64,000 nt of DNA from Pseudomonadota bacterium (GTDB lineage Bacteria > Pseudomonadota > Alphaproteobacteria > UBA8366). The notes below the pieces were generated by a model. That model was not told the origin of the DNA. It worked only from the letters and a program-made list of their open reading frames with translations, and made no database searches. A program made the position numbers and the translations under genes. The stretch lies in contig JAYZAS010000006.1 in NCBI GenBank assembly GCA_036339585.1, positions 66,972 to 130,971 on the forward strand. The letters are read 5' to 3'. Below, one piece after another: positions 30,258-40,851 of this stretch (position 1 is its first letter; each line of letters opens with the position of its first letter).

Positions 30258-33200
30258 TCAAATATCACGAACGTCGATCACCCCGGCGACTGCCTTTACC
30301 GCAGAACGAAACTCTGGAGTAATTTGGAACCGGTCTTTAATGTCTATTTCAACGTCCTGTTCGGGTAAATCCAGCATTAATGAAATCCGACCATTTCCCT
30401 TTGCACCATGTTCTTTAATAATTGAGCTTAAGGTCTCTATTGGCGTCTCATCTTTCACGAAAACTTGCAGACCTGCAGCGGCAGTTGACGTTGCCTCATC
30501 CAACGCATCTATCCGTGTGGCGGTAACACGGAAGTCTTCACCATTTTTTTGCACCCCTGCATGCACCATGATCGGCACACCTTTATCTAAAAGCTCTGAG
30601 CAACTCGACAATAGTTCGGAAAATATAGTTATTTCGTATATTCCGCTGATATCTGACATTTGCACGAAAGCAATTTTACCGCGTTTGCCATTGATGATGC
30701 GTTTTCCGACGACTATCCCTGCTAAGCGCATTACTGCGTCTCGAGCATTTCCACTGATGACCTCTTTCCAACTTAAAATTTTGAGCCTCTTAAAAGTATT
30801 TTCATACGCTTCCAGAGGATGTGCTGAAAAATAAAATCCTATGGCAGTAAATTCCTGCTGTAACCGTTCCTGGCTGCCCCAATCAGAAACATCAGGAAGC
30901 GGTGGCAAAGCATCTTGACCAATATCACCGAAAAGACTGGTTTGATTGCTCTCTCGCTCATTCTGAGCAAGTCCAGCATAGCTTAAGAAAATTTCAATGG
31001 CTTGAAATATTTGCCTCCTATTGGGATTAAGCGCGTCAAATGCACCTGCACGGGTAAGATTTTCCATTTGCCTTTTATTTACAACCTGCACGTCAAGACG
31101 ATTTGCAAAATCAAACATATGTTCAAATGGCCCATTCGCTTCACGCTCCTCAACCAGCAATCCCATCGCCTCTGCTCCGACGTTTTTTAGAGCCCCAAGC
31201 GCATATCGCACAGCAAGCTCACCACTACTCTGCACCTCAACAGAAAAATTAGGTGCAGACCGATTTACATCAGGGGGCAAAAGCCTAATGCCAAGTCGAT
31301 CGAGTTCAACACGAAATGCATTCAGTTTATCCGTGTTGGCCATATCCAATGACATTGATGCAGCCATAAATTCGACCGGGTAATTAGCTTTTAAAAACCC
31401 GGTCTGATATGCAACCAGCGCATATGCAGCTGCATGTGACTTATTAAAACCATACCCTGCGAATTTATTGACTTGCTCAAAAATATGACCCGCTACACCG
31501 CGGTCCACCTTGTTGTTCAAAGCCCCATCTATAAAAGCCGTCCGTTGGGCATCCATTTCGGCCTGAATTTTCTTTCCCATTGCACGCCGCAATAAATCTG
31601 CACCGCCAAGTGTGTAACCAGAGAGCTCTTGGGCTATCTGCATAACTTGTTCTTGGTAGATCATTATTCCGTATGTTTCTTTAAGAATATCCTCAATCAA
31701 TGGATGCATAAAGTCTGCCTTTTCACGCTCATGTTTGCGCGCAATGTAGCTCGGGATGTTATCCATTGGTCCAGGACGGTAAAGAGAAACAAGCGCAATG
31801 ATATCCTGGAACCTATCCGGCTCAAGCTTCCGTATCACATCCTTCATTCCACTTGATTCTAGTTGAAAAACGCCCGTGGTGTCCCCCCTGCAAAACATTT
31901 CATACGTGACTTTGTCATCCAAAAATATCGTTTCAAAGTCGATGTTTACGCCGCGTTTTTCGAGCAATTTTTGAGACTCTGACAGTACAGTTAAAGTTTT
32001 TAGCCCAAGGAAATCAAATTTTACGAGTCCCGCCATTTCCACGTATTTCATGCTGAACTGAGTTACTGGCATGTCTGAACGAGGATCGCGATATAACGGC
32101 ACCAATTCATCTAAGGGTCTATCGCTTATTACTACCCCTGCTGCATGTGTTGATGCATGTCGATAAAGCCCCTCTAACTTTTTAGCCACATCAAAAAGCT
32201 GAGCCACCACCTCCTCTTTCTTAATCAGTTCCTGCAGCGCCGGCTCACTTTCAATGGCTTTTTCTAATCCAATGGGCTTTGCCGGGTTATAAGGGACTAG
32301 CTTGCATATCTGATCCACTTGACCGTAAGACATTCCCATAACACGGCCCACGTCACGAAGAGCCGCCCTAGCTTCGAGCTTTCCAAAGGTAATAATCTGT
32401 GCAACTTTATCGCGGCCGTAAACCTGCTGAACATACCCAATAACCTCGTCACGCCGATTTTTGCAAAAATCAATGTCAAAATCAGGCATCGAAATTCGCT
32501 CAGGATTAAGAAACCGTTCAAACAGAAGTCCCCATCTCAAGGGGTCAAGATCAGTGATTGTCAACGCCCAGGCCACTAAAGAACCTGCCCCTGAACCACG
32601 ACCCGGGCCCACGGGAATATTTTGGTCTTTTGCCCATTGGATAAAGTCTGCAACGATTAAAAAATAGCCCGCATATCCCATGCTCTCAATAGTTTGAAGC
32701 TCGAACTCAAGCCTATCCACATATTCTGTTTTCGAATGCCCAGGCCCCACACTTCTGAGACGTTTGGAAAGCCCCTTGTTTGCCATTTCCCTGAGCACTT
32801 CCATTTCCGTTCTCGCACCTAATTCAGGATAAAGAGGCAAGATAGGATCCCGGACTTCAGGTACAAATGCACAACGCTGCGCAACAACCACCGTATTATC
32901 AATTGCTTCTGGAATATCTGCGAATAATGCCTTCATTTCTGCCGCAGATTTAAAATAGTGCTCCGGTGTTTCACGACGCCTATTTTCTTGATCAATTGTT
33001 GCTCCGGCCGCAATACATATCAGCGCATCATGTGCAGCATGCATCTCCCTCTCAGCAAAGAAAACTTCATTAGTTGCAATTAACGGTATGCTATTTTGAT
33101 AGGCGAGATTTATTAAGCTTTGTTCGATTTGAGTTTCAATATCACGGCCATGCCGCATTAGCTCTATATAAAAGCGCTCTGGGAAAATCATATTTAATTT

Positions 33201-33683
33201 TTTAAGACAATGAAGAGCTGCCTCATCCTGGCCCTCAGCAAGCATGCGCCCGACAGGACCGGCTGGCCCCCCAGAGAGGGCTATTAACCCTTCGGAGTGT
33301 GCCTCAAGATCCGAATAACTAACTTCAACAGGTTGTAGGGCCTCATCTCCGAGATATGCTGCGCTCGAAAGTTTAAGGAGGTTGCTGTACCCGGCTTCAG
33401 ATTGCACCAGCAGTATTAACTGATCGCCCGGAAGCCGTGTAACTTCGCCAGAATTAACCTCGCGTTGAAGAGTTATCTGGCAGCCTATAATCGGCTGAAC
33501 ACCGGCCTCTCTCAATACTAGCGAAAATTCCAACGCTCCGAACAGATTATTGGTGTCCGTGATAGCTGCTGCTGGCATATTGAATCGATCGCACAACTCT
33601 GCGATTTTACCTATTTTCAGCGCACCTTCCGAGAGCGAATAGGCTGAATGAATTCGTAAATGGATAAATTCAGCATGTCCCAT
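30258..33683 (-). CDS. dnaE: DNA polymerase III subunit alpha
   Basis: 1141 aa. PHP domain (FIHLRIHSAYSL), polymerase core (PDFDIDF, GRDKVAQIITFG), and an OB-fold C-terminus. Confidence 0.97.
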   Translation of the reverse strand: MGHAEFIHLRIHSAYSLSEGALKIGKIAELCDRFNMPAAAITDTNNLFGALEFSLVLREAGVQPIIGCQITLQREVNSGEVTRLPGDQLILLVQSEAGYSNLLKLSSAAYLGDEALQPVEVSYSDLEAHSEGLIALSGGPAGPVGRMLAEGQDEAALHCLKKLNMIFPERFYIELMRHGRDIETQIEQSLINLAYQNSIPLIATNEVFFAEREMHAAHDALICIAAGATIDQENRRRETPEHYFKSAAEMKALFADIPEAIDNTVVVAQRCAFVPEVRDPILPLYPELGARTEMEVLREMANKGLSKRLRSVGPGHSKTEYVDRLEFELQTIESMGYAGYFLIVADFIQWAKDQNIPVGPGRGSGAGSLVAWALTITDLDPLRWGLLFERFLNPERISMPDFDIDFCKNRRDEVIGYVQQVYGRDKVAQIITFGKLEARAALRDVGRVMGMSYGQVDQICKLVPYNPAKPIGLEKAIESEPALQELIKKEEVVAQLFDVAKKLEGLYRHASTHAAGVVISDRPLDELVPLYRDPRSDMPVTQFSMKYVEMAGLVKFDFLGLKTLTVLSESQKLLEKRGVNIDFETIFLDDKVTYEMFCRGDTTGVFQLESSGMKDVIRKLEPDRFQDIIALVSLYRPGPMDNIPSYIARKHEREKADFMHPLIEDILKETYGIMIYQEQVMQIAQELSGYTLGGADLLRRAMGKKIQAEMDAQRTAFIDGALNNKVDRGVAGHIFEQVNKFAGYGFNKSHAAAYALVAYQTGFLKANYPVEFMAASMSLDMANTDKLNAFRVELDRLGIRLLPPDVNRSAPNFSVEVQSSGELAVRYALGALKNVGAEAMGLLVEEREANGPFEHMFDFANRLDVQVVNKRQMENLTRAGAFDALNPNRRQIFQAIEIFLSYAGLAQNERESNQTSLFGDIGQDALPPLPDVSDWGSQERLQQEFTAIGFYFSAHPLEAYENTFKRLKILSWKEVISGNARDAVMRLAGIVVGKRIINGKRGKIAFVQMSDISGIYEITIFSELLSSCSELLDKGVPIMVHAGVQKNGEDFRVTATRIDALDEATSTAAAGLQVFVKDETPIETLSSIIKEHGAKGNGRISLMLDLPEQDVEIDIKDRFQITPEFRSAVKAVAGVIDVRDI

Positions 33684-33793
33684 ATTTGAATTTATGCACG
33701 AAATTTACAAAATTTCTTGAATGCTTGTTTAATTCATACTTATTAGAGAGTTACGATCACCGTCTAATTTATAAAAATAGTAGAAATGACGAC

Positions 33794-34480
33794 TCAGGAG
33801 TTTTCGTCAATAACCTTTCCCTTTTTCAGTAAAAGACGTCGGTCAAGTCTATTTGCCAAATCAGGGTTATGGGTAGCAATAAGGGCTGCTAATCCATTGT
33901 CGCTAATCAAACACTGCAATAGATCAAAAACAGATTCAGCGGTTTCGGCATCAAGATTACCCGTGGGTTCATCAGCAAGGAGTATTTGTGGCTCATTCGC
34001 AAGGGCCCGGGCAAAAGCGACACGCTGCTGCTCCCCTCCAGAAAGTTTTGCCGGGCGATGATCGCGGCGCTCAGAAAGGCCCACCGAATTTAAAAGATGA
34101 GCCGCATGCTCGGTTGCAATTCTTCTACTAACACCAGCCATCATTTGAGGTACGATGATATTCTCAAGAGACGAAAACTCTGGCATTAAATGGTGGTATT
34201 GGTAGACGAATCCAACATGATTACGCCTTATTGCAGTGCGTTCACGATCACTCATGTTACCACAATCCTGTCCTATTATGTTTACATCCCCTGAGGTTGG
34301 ACGCTCCAAGAGGCCCGCAATATGCAACAGTGTTGACTTTCCGGATCCGGATTGGCCTACTAAGGCAACCGCTTCGCCCGGGCCAACGAAAAGAGATAAA
34401 TCTTCCAGAACCTTAAGAGTCTTGGCAGGCTGCTGAAAGCTACGATGGATCGCACGTAGCTCTAGGAGTGGGCTATTCAT
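33794..34480 (-). CDS. lolD: lipoprotein-releasing ABC transporter, ATP-binding subunit
   Basis: Walker A GQSGSGKST, signature LSGGEQQRV, and Walker B LLADEPTGNLD. Overlaps the upstream permease gene by 8 nt. Confidence 0.88.
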   Translation of the reverse strand: MNSPLLELRAIHRSFQQPAKTLKVLEDLSLFVGPGEAVALVGQSGSGKSTLLHIAGLLERPTSGDVNIIGQDCGNMSDRERTAIRRNHVGFVYQYHHLMPEFSSLENIIVPQMMAGVSRRIATEHAAHLLNSVGLSERRDHRPAKLSGGEQQRVAFARALANEPQILLADEPTGNLDAETAESVFDLLQCLISDNGLAALIATHNPDLANRLDRRLLLKKGKVIDENS

Positions 34481-35717
34481 ATCGAAGCGCCTCGATTGGA
34501 TCCAAACGAGCCGCCTTCCAAGAGGGATAGATAGATGCTAGCAGCGAAAGCGCCAATGCCATAATCAAGACTAAAACAACTTCCATGTTATCAATTTTTG
34601 AGGGCATTTTTGAGAGGAAATAAATTTCCGCAGGAAACAATTCCGTGTTCAATAAAGATTGTAAAAATTGCCTTATTTTTTCGATATTGAATGTAAAGAG
34701 CAGGCCTAAAATCCCACCCAGAAATGTACCCGCAACACCAACACTGGCTCCGGTCAGGAAGAAAATACGCAGAATCATTTGTCTGGTTGCACCCATCGTT
34801 CGAAGTATAGCTATGCCTTTGCGTTTATCGTTTACGAGCATAACTTGGCTAGAAATAACGTTAAATGCCGCAACTATGATAATAAGACTCAAAATTAGGA
34901 ACATAACATTACGCTCTACTTTAAGGGCCTCAAAAAACCTTGAATTCACTTGTTGCCAACTCAGTGACCGGGCTACTGGCCAGAGTTTTTGATCGATGAT
35001 CTTGCGGTATTCATCCGCTAAATCAGCATTTTCCGTTATGACCTCGATTTTTGAAACGGTTTCTTTATGTCGAAAAAAAAGTTGGGCCACCTTTATTGGC
35101 ATGTAAATGAAATTACTGTCATACTCGCTCATGCCAACGCGAAAAATACCTCCCACACGAAAAGTTTTAGTACGCGGCACAGGACCCATAGCCGTATTAG
35201 TACTTTGGGGCGATATAAGTTTTATTTTGGATCCCACGTTAAGATTAAAACGACTAGCAAAACGCGAACCGATTAAGATCTTTGACCCATTTTTAAAACT
35301 ATCAAGAGAACCTTTAAGGATACTATTCGATAAAATAGGACGCTGCAAAATACTCTCATATGAGAGACCCCGCACCAATGCTCCAGAGGACCGACTTCGG
35401 GTTGACGCTAGCACTTGCCCTTGGACAACTGGAGTAGCGGTCAGAACCCCATCAACTGATTTGACCAGTTTTACGAGAGCATTATAATCGGTCAGGACAC
35501 GGCTTGGACTTACTACCTCAACATGTCCATTTACCCCTACTATCCGACTAAGAAGTTGCTCTCGAAAGCCATTCATCACAGACATTACAATGATCAATGT
35601 GGCAACGCCTAGCATGATACCAAGCAATGAAAACCATGTTACGACCGAAATAAAACCCTCCTGTCGCCTTGAGCGAAGGTAGCGAAATGCCACGAGACGT
35701 TCGAATGCATTAAACAT
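34473..35717 (-). CDS. lipoprotein-releasing ABC transporter permease (LolC/E family)
   Basis: 414 aa with MacB-like topology and FtsX C-terminal domain motifs (ILRTMGA, PSWKAARLDPIEALRYE). Confidence 0.85.
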   Translation of the reverse strand: MFNAFERLVAFRYLRSRRQEGFISVVTWFSLLGIMLGVATLIIVMSVMNGFREQLLSRIVGVNGHVEVVSPSRVLTDYNALVKLVKSVDGVLTATPVVQGQVLASTRSRSSGALVRGLSYESILQRPILSNSILKGSLDSFKNGSKILIGSRFASRFNLNVGSKIKLISPQSTNTAMGPVPRTKTFRVGGIFRVGMSEYDSNFIYMPIKVAQLFFRHKETVSKIEVITENADLADEYRKIIDQKLWPVARSLSWQQVNSRFFEALKVERNVMFLILSLIIIVAAFNVISSQVMLVNDKRKGIAILRTMGATRQMILRIFFLTGASVGVAGTFLGGILGLLFTFNIEKIRQFLQSLLNTELFPAEIYFLSKMPSKIDNMEVVLVLIMALALSLLASIYPSWKAARLDPIEALRYE

Positions 35718-35719
35718 AT

Positions 35720-37033
35720 CTAAGCCTCAAGAAAGTTGAAGAATGCATCGTGCGACATTTCTTCACTTTTACCAGTTTTACGATTCTTAACCTCAATTAC
35801 ATTTCTCTCTACAGCTTTTGGCCCTATTATCACCTGATAAGGAACACCAATTAGATCCATTGTGGCAAATTTTGCACCAGCCCGTTCTGTGCGGTCATCA
35901 TAGATAATATCGCTGCCTATTGAGGCAACCTTACTGAAGATGGTGTTTGCGACTTTGTCACAAGCTCCATCACCTTGCCGCAAATTTACCAGTCCTATAT
36001 GAAACGGTGCCACACTTTCCGGCCAGATGATTCCATTTGCGTCATGACTCGCTTCTATAATACCACCGACCAGTCTTGAGATACCAATACCGTAAGACCC
36101 CATCTCAAGAGCTTTCTCTCCCCCATCAGCTAAATCAACAATGGCTCCAAGAGCCTCAGAATATTTTGTCCCGAAGAAAAAAATATGCCCGATTTCTATG
36201 CCCCTGGCGCAGACCCTCCTATCTACCGGCACCTCGCGGTGGAATTTCTCTTCGTCGTGAATTTCATCTGTGGCAGCGTAGCGCTGTGTCCACCGATCAA
36301 TGATTGGCTGTAAATCTCCGTCGTAGTCTGCCTCATCTTTAAGTGCATCCAAATCGATGTAATCCGAATGACAAAATACTTCACTTTCGCCAGTCTCTGC
36401 TAAGATTATAAATTCATGACTAAGGTTGCCCCCGATGGGACCGGTATCAGCTTTCATTGGTATTGCTTTGAGCCCCATTCGTGCAAATGAACGCAAATAA
36501 GACACAAACATCTTGTTATAGGACAAACGGCCCGCCTGGGGTGATATATCGAAGGAATAAGCATCTTTCATGTAGAACTCGCGCCCACGCATAACGCCGT
36601 ACCGTGGACGCACTTCATCACGAAATTTCCACTGAATATGATAAAGAATCTTTGGTACATCACGATAACTTCGCAAATCATTTCCAAATATCTCAGTTAT
36701 CAATTCCTCGTTTGTTGGCCCGAATAACATCTCACGGTCGTGCCGATCTGTAATCCGAAGCATTTCCTTGCCATAATCTTCGTATCGTCCGGATTTTTTC
36801 CAAATCTCGGATGACTGAATGGTAGGCATCAGAAGTTCCTGTGCACCAGCGAGATTTTGTTCCTCACGCACTATCTGTTCAATTTTCTTAAGTACTCTAA
36901 AACCAAGAGGAAGCCAGGAATAGATGCCTGCACTAGCTTGACGGATCATTCCAGCTCGCAACATGTATCTATGAGACAATGTTTGCGCTTCCTGGGGTGT
37001 TTCCCTGAGGACAGGCAAGAAATACTTAGACAT
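35720..37033 (-). CDS. proS: proline--tRNA ligase (short form without the INS editing domain)
   Basis: Class II motifs and an anticodon-binding C-terminus. ATG 37033 gives [13 protein letters not shown], a typical ProRS N-terminus. The track ORF extends to 37090. Confidence 0.93.
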   Translation of the reverse strand: MSKYFLPVLRETPQEAQTLSHRYMLRAGMIRQASAGIYSWLPLGFRVLKKIEQIVREEQNLAGAQELLMPTIQSSEIWKKSGRYEDYGKEMLRITDRHDREMLFGPTNEELITEIFGNDLRSYRDVPKILYHIQWKFRDEVRPRYGVMRGREFYMKDAYSFDISPQAGRLSYNKMFVSYLRSFARMGLKAIPMKADTGPIGGNLSHEFIILAETGESEVFCHSDYIDLDALKDEADYDGDLQPIIDRWTQRYAATDEIHDEEKFHREVPVDRRVCARGIEIGHIFFFGTKYSEALGAIVDLADGGEKALEMGSYGIGISRLVGGIIEASHDANGIIWPESVAPFHIGLVNLRQGDGACDKVANTIFSKVASIGSDIIYDDRTERAGAKFATMDLIGVPYQVIIGPKAVERNVIEVKNRKTGKSEEMSHDAFFNFLEA

Positions 37034-37157
37034 CCTAACGGCATTACTGGGGTCTATTTTCATTTTGCCTCCACCTCTGAGAAAATTCAACTGAGCTACA
37101 ATAACAAAAATAGCAGAGACAATTTTTTACATCATTTATTCAATGTAAAAATTATAT

Positions 37158-37646
37158 CTACCGCGCTACCGAGCGACATTTGCCCGCTAATTGTTCGATA
37201 GCCTTGTCATTCATTGGTTGACCATTAAGGGTAAACGTATTTTTCGAAATGTCGTATTTTACTTTTCCAACACCGGCTGATGTTTTGCTGAAACGAGCAG
37301 CGGACGCCTTTTTTAGGGGGTTAAATGCTATGGGAAATTCGATAGTTGATGGGAATTTCAACTTATGCCCGTTCCCGAGTTCCGCTCCCACAACCTGTTT
37401 TCCATAAACATCGACCCCAGGCTTATAATTTACGTCACTTCTTGGCTGATGCTGCGCCAGACGGGCACAATCTTTCGCATCAAAGCTGACACTTGTGGCC
37501 TTTTTAATTGCTTGGGCTTTGTCTTTTGTTTGATGGTGTCTGTTAATAGTTTTTTGTGACTCAAACGGATTAATCATGCCATCAGCAAATGCTCCGGAAC
37601 TCAGAAATACCAAAATTCCAAGCACACCAAATTCTTGTTTAAACAT
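37158..37646 (-). CDS. hypothetical secreted protein
   Basis: 162 aa with signal peptide MFKQEFGVLGILVFLSSGAFADG, a basic mature part and two Cys. I recognise no family. Confidence 0.5.
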   Translation of the reverse strand: MFKQEFGVLGILVFLSSGAFADGMINPFESQKTINRHHQTKDKAQAIKKATSVSFDAKDCARLAQHQPRSDVNYKPGVDVYGKQVVGAELGNGHKLKFPSTIEFPIAFNPLKKASAARFSKTSAGVGKVKYDISKNTFTLNGQPMNDKAIEQLAGKCRSVAR

Positions 37647-38101
37647 ATCTACCCTATCACTAACCCTGCCATCGTTTACTGGAAATCCTCAGGAAAACAT
37701 AGAGCTTATTAAATAATTGATCGTTATTTATGATTGACCTTTCCCCCGATGGATTTCTATCTTAATCGAGCATGTTTTCTAATCCGGAAACCACAGACAC
37801 CATAATAACGATACCGATGGAAATACACATCATCAAGAGTTGAGTAAATCCAGCTACGTGGGCGGAGTCAAAAAAACACTTATAAAGTAGCTTTGCTTCA
37901 TCACGCTTTGATATTTCTGTTAAAAAAATCTGATCTGTTAACGAAAAAAAAAATGACAAGTTGCAAAAAGATCCCTAGTGTATAAGCAAGAAGTCGCTTT
38001 AAAATTCTATAATTAAAAAGGGCTAGGTTCAGGGAGGAATAAAAAGCGCAGATCGATAGTTAAATCGAAACTTCGCAGTCTACAGAGAGCAGATTTATTG
38101 G

Positions 38102-38131
38102 GACGGGAGCCTTCGAGCCCCGTCTTTTTTT
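38102..38131 (+). terminator. Rho-independent terminator oriented on the plus strand
   Basis: GACGGG(38102-38107), A bulge, GC, CTTCGA loop, GC, CCCGTC(38119-38124), followed directly by T7 (38125-38131). On the minus strand the hairpin is followed by CCAATAAATC, with no U-tract. Confidence 0.6.
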
Positions 38132-38136
38132 ATTAC

Positions 38137-38373
38137 TTAAATGGCCCGAAAAGTTATGAGGTCTGACTCAATAATCCACCATGCAATGCCAAAAAGACCG
38201 GTTGAGATACCAGTTGTGGCAAGCATCTTTAATCCAATCCGGGGCTTAGCCGGCGCACTTTCAGCGTGCCCTTCCTCAGGTTTAGTCTCAGGATGATTGC
38301 CAAATGGCAGTATCGAAAAGAACACCATCCACCATATTAGGATGTAAACTATAATACCAGAAACCCATCCCAT
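38137..38373 (-). CDS. DUF1467 family small membrane protein
   Basis: MGWVSGIIVYILIWWMVFFSILPFG...APAKPR... with two TM segments, matching my recollection of alphaproteobacterial DUF1467. ATG 38373 has GGAGGAA 9 nt upstream; the track start 38391 is TTG. Confidence 0.7.
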   Translation of the reverse strand: MGWVSGIIVYILIWWMVFFSILPFGNHPETKPEEGHAESAPAKPRIGLKMLATTGISTGLFGIAWWIIESDLITFRAI

Positions 38374-38407
38374 TGTTTGATATTCCTCCAATGAAACAAT
38401 TTTTTAT

Positions 38408-40084
38408 TTATTTAGATAAAAGATGCACCTTAATGATAGGCTTTTTACCAATTTTTTTCCTAAATACAGCCCGCACTTCTCGTTTAACAACCTCTATAAT
38501 GGCTCCTTCATTCGACATAAATCTTTTACTAAGTGATGAAATAGCATCGCCTGCTCTTTTCTCTGCATCAATCAAAATTTCTTCATCAACGATTTCGTCT
38601 ATCAAGCCAGCACTCGACACAAACGGTTGCAGTGCCAATTCCCCATTTTTCCCAAAAACTATGCTCACAAAAACGATCCCAGAACTCTGTAAACGTCGTC
38701 TCTCACGCATTGGCGCCGCATCAAGTGAAACTAAACGACTGCCGTCAACGCCGACGCGCCCTGTTTCCACATGATCGATTACATGCGCACCAGTAGGATC
38801 GAGTTTTAACATAGTGCCATTGACTGCAACTACTGTATGAGGCACCTGACACATTTTCGCCAGTTTACTATGGCCAACCAAATGCCGCATCTCACCGTGT
38901 ATGGGCACCGCTATTTGCGGGCGGATATACTCATACATTGACACTAAGTCTTCTCGCGTTGGATGTCCTGATACATGGATTTTCCAGTCTTCATCTGTAA
39001 AAACGTTAACCCCCTTTGCTATAAACTGGTTCTGTAATCTCGCAACAGCCACTTCGTTTCCTGGTATAACTCTACTCGAAAAAATAACGTTATCACCCGG
39101 TTCGAGAACTACCTCGCGGTTATCACCGCGCGCTAATCTCGCCAAGGCAGCACGCGGCTCTCCCTGAGAACCGGTACAGATAAATAAGACCTTATCCTTG
39201 GGTAAATATCCGGAATTTTCCTCTGGTACGAATGCTGCCAGATGCTCGAAAAGCCCATTTTCGCGAGCAACCTGATTTATCCGATGCAATGACCTGCCAA
39301 GCAATACGACGTGCCGCCCACAATTTTCCGCTGCCTCAGCTATCGTTTGAAACCGAGCAACATTTGACGCAAAACATCCAACTACAACACGATCTTTGCA
39401 TTGACTTATCAAACGCTGCAAATGCTTTTTGAGGCCGCCCTCGGAGCCTGAAACCCCTTTAACGAGGGCGTTAGTCGAATCACACATCATCGCTAAAACG
39501 CCCTCGTCGCCGATTTTACGTAGTTGCGCTACATCACTAGCTTTACCAATGACTGGATCTTTGTCGAACTTCCAATCGCCAGTATGCACAACAATGCCAG
39601 CTTTAGTTCGGATCACCAGCCCATTTGGCTCCGGGATTGAATGTGTAAGAGTGATCAGTTTGATATCAAACGGTCCAATGCTTAGGCTGCTCCCGCATTT
39701 AATTTCCTTGAGTGGCACTACCCGATCCAAACCACTTTCAGTCAGTTTGCGTCTCAGCAAACTAGCTGGGAATCCAGTTGCATAAACCGGACAGCCAAGC
39801 TGAGGCCAAAGATGTTGTATTGCACCCAAATGGTCTTCATGACCATGTGTAACAATTAGCCCTGCTAGTGTTGACGATCGTTCCTTAATGAAACTGGGGT
39901 CTGGCATAACACCATCTATCCCAGGGATGTAATCTTCTCCGAAGCTAACGCCCAAATCAACCATTAACCATGCACCATCATGCCCATAAAGGTATAAATT
40001 CATTCCGATTTCGCCAACACCACCTAGGGCTAAGAAAATAACTTCGTGTGGTCCGGGCTGACCGGTGCTTCTATATGAATTCAT
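38408..40084 (-). CDS. rnj: ribonuclease J (metallo-beta-lactamase / beta-CASP)
   Basis: 558 aa with THGHEDHLGA and beta-CASP motifs. ATGA overlap with coaX. Confidence 0.9.
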   Translation of the reverse strand: MNSYRSTGQPGPHEVIFLALGGVGEIGMNLYLYGHDGAWLMVDLGVSFGEDYIPGIDGVMPDPSFIKERSSTLAGLIVTHGHEDHLGAIQHLWPQLGCPVYATGFPASLLRRKLTESGLDRVVPLKEIKCGSSLSIGPFDIKLITLTHSIPEPNGLVIRTKAGIVVHTGDWKFDKDPVIGKASDVAQLRKIGDEGVLAMMCDSTNALVKGVSGSEGGLKKHLQRLISQCKDRVVVGCFASNVARFQTIAEAAENCGRHVVLLGRSLHRINQVARENGLFEHLAAFVPEENSGYLPKDKVLFICTGSQGEPRAALARLARGDNREVVLEPGDNVIFSSRVIPGNEVAVARLQNQFIAKGVNVFTDEDWKIHVSGHPTREDLVSMYEYIRPQIAVPIHGEMRHLVGHSKLAKMCQVPHTVVAVNGTMLKLDPTGAHVIDHVETGRVGVDGSRLVSLDAAPMRERRRLQSSGIVFVSIVFGKNGELALQPFVSSAGLIDEIVDEEILIDAEKRAGDAISSLSKRFMSNEGAIIEVVKREVRAVFRKKIGKKPIIKVHLLSK

Positions 40085-40851
40085 TTGGTATTTCGGCGAT
40101 ATATTTCGGCAAGGCCCCGCGTTGTCATACTGCTGTCAACAGCGGTAATCGTATTAGTTGCATCAAAGAACAGGGATGCGAGACCACCCGTCGCAACTGC
40201 TTTTAAGGAAGTGCCATACTCCTTACCTATGCGGTCGATTAGGCCTTCTAACAATCCGACATATCCCCAATATATTCCTGATTGCATAGCCGGAACCGTT
40301 GCTTTGCCAATAACAGAGCTTGGCCGGCTAACAGAAATTCGAGGGAGGCGAGCAGCAGCCTGATGCAACGCTTCAGCGGAGAGATTTATACCGGGAGCGA
40401 TGACCCCTCCCAAGTAGCTACCCTCGTCGTCGATTACGTCAAAGGTTGTAGCTGTGCCAAAATCTATAATGATTAGGGGACCCCCAAAACGGACATACGC
40501 AGAAACTGCATTTGCCAAACGGTCATCTCCAACGTGATCGGGGCGTTCAATCTTTACCGACAACCCAAGATTAATACTTGGATCATCTACTAACATGGGT
40601 TCTCCACCAAAGTGCTGACAGCAGAGTTCAACTAAATTTACTTTTGTTTCCGGCACTACGCTTGCCACTATAGCGCCATCTATTTCATCTAAACTAAATC
40701 CCTCTAACTCGAAAAGTTGTGATAACCAAACGGCGTACTCATCGGCGGTACGTTTCGGATAATTCCCACAACGCCAGGCTGCGCATTGTTTGTCGGCATC
40801 GTACACTGCGAAAACTACATTAGTATTGCCACAGTCAATTGTCAGAATCAT
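40081..40851 (-). CDS. coaX: type III pantothenate kinase
   Basis: 256 aa with ILTIDCGNTN, IIDFGTATTFD and TGG motifs. Confidence 0.9.
   Translation of the reverse strand: MILTIDCGNTNVVFAVYDADKQCAAWRCGNYPKRTADEYAVWLSQLFELEGFSLDEIDGAIVASVVPETKVNLVELCCQHFGGEPMLVDDPSINLGLSVKIERPDHVGDDRLANAVSAYVRFGGPLIIIDFGTATTFDVIDDEGSYLGGVIAPGINLSAEALHQAAARLPRISVSRPSSVIGKATVPAMQSGIYWGYVGLLEGLIDRIGKEYGTSLKAVATGGLASLFFDATNTITAVDSSMTTRGLAEIYRRNTK

Noticed and set aside
30211-30834. 207 aa plus-strand ORF
   Set aside because: It is antisense to the 3' end of dnaE, whose frame is unambiguous. It has no ribosome binding site context and no recognisable motifs.
37762-37959. 65 aa minus-strand ORF with a hydrophobic C-terminus (MMCISIGIVIMVSVVSGL), considered as a small membrane protein or type I toxin
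   Set aside because: It starts at TTG immediately inside a homopolymer (T10 on the gene strand) with no ribosome binding site. The internal ATGATG start also lacks an SD. The evidence is too weak to call a gene, although it cannot be excluded.
37980-38131. Whether the terminator-bearing segment is a piece of the permuted two-piece alphaproteobacterial tmRNA, or SRP or 6S RNA
   Set aside because: There is no tag reading frame ending in the usual Ala-Ala, no T-arm (GGTTCGA) or CCA end, and no SRP domain IV motif. The segment remains an uncharacterised candidate only.
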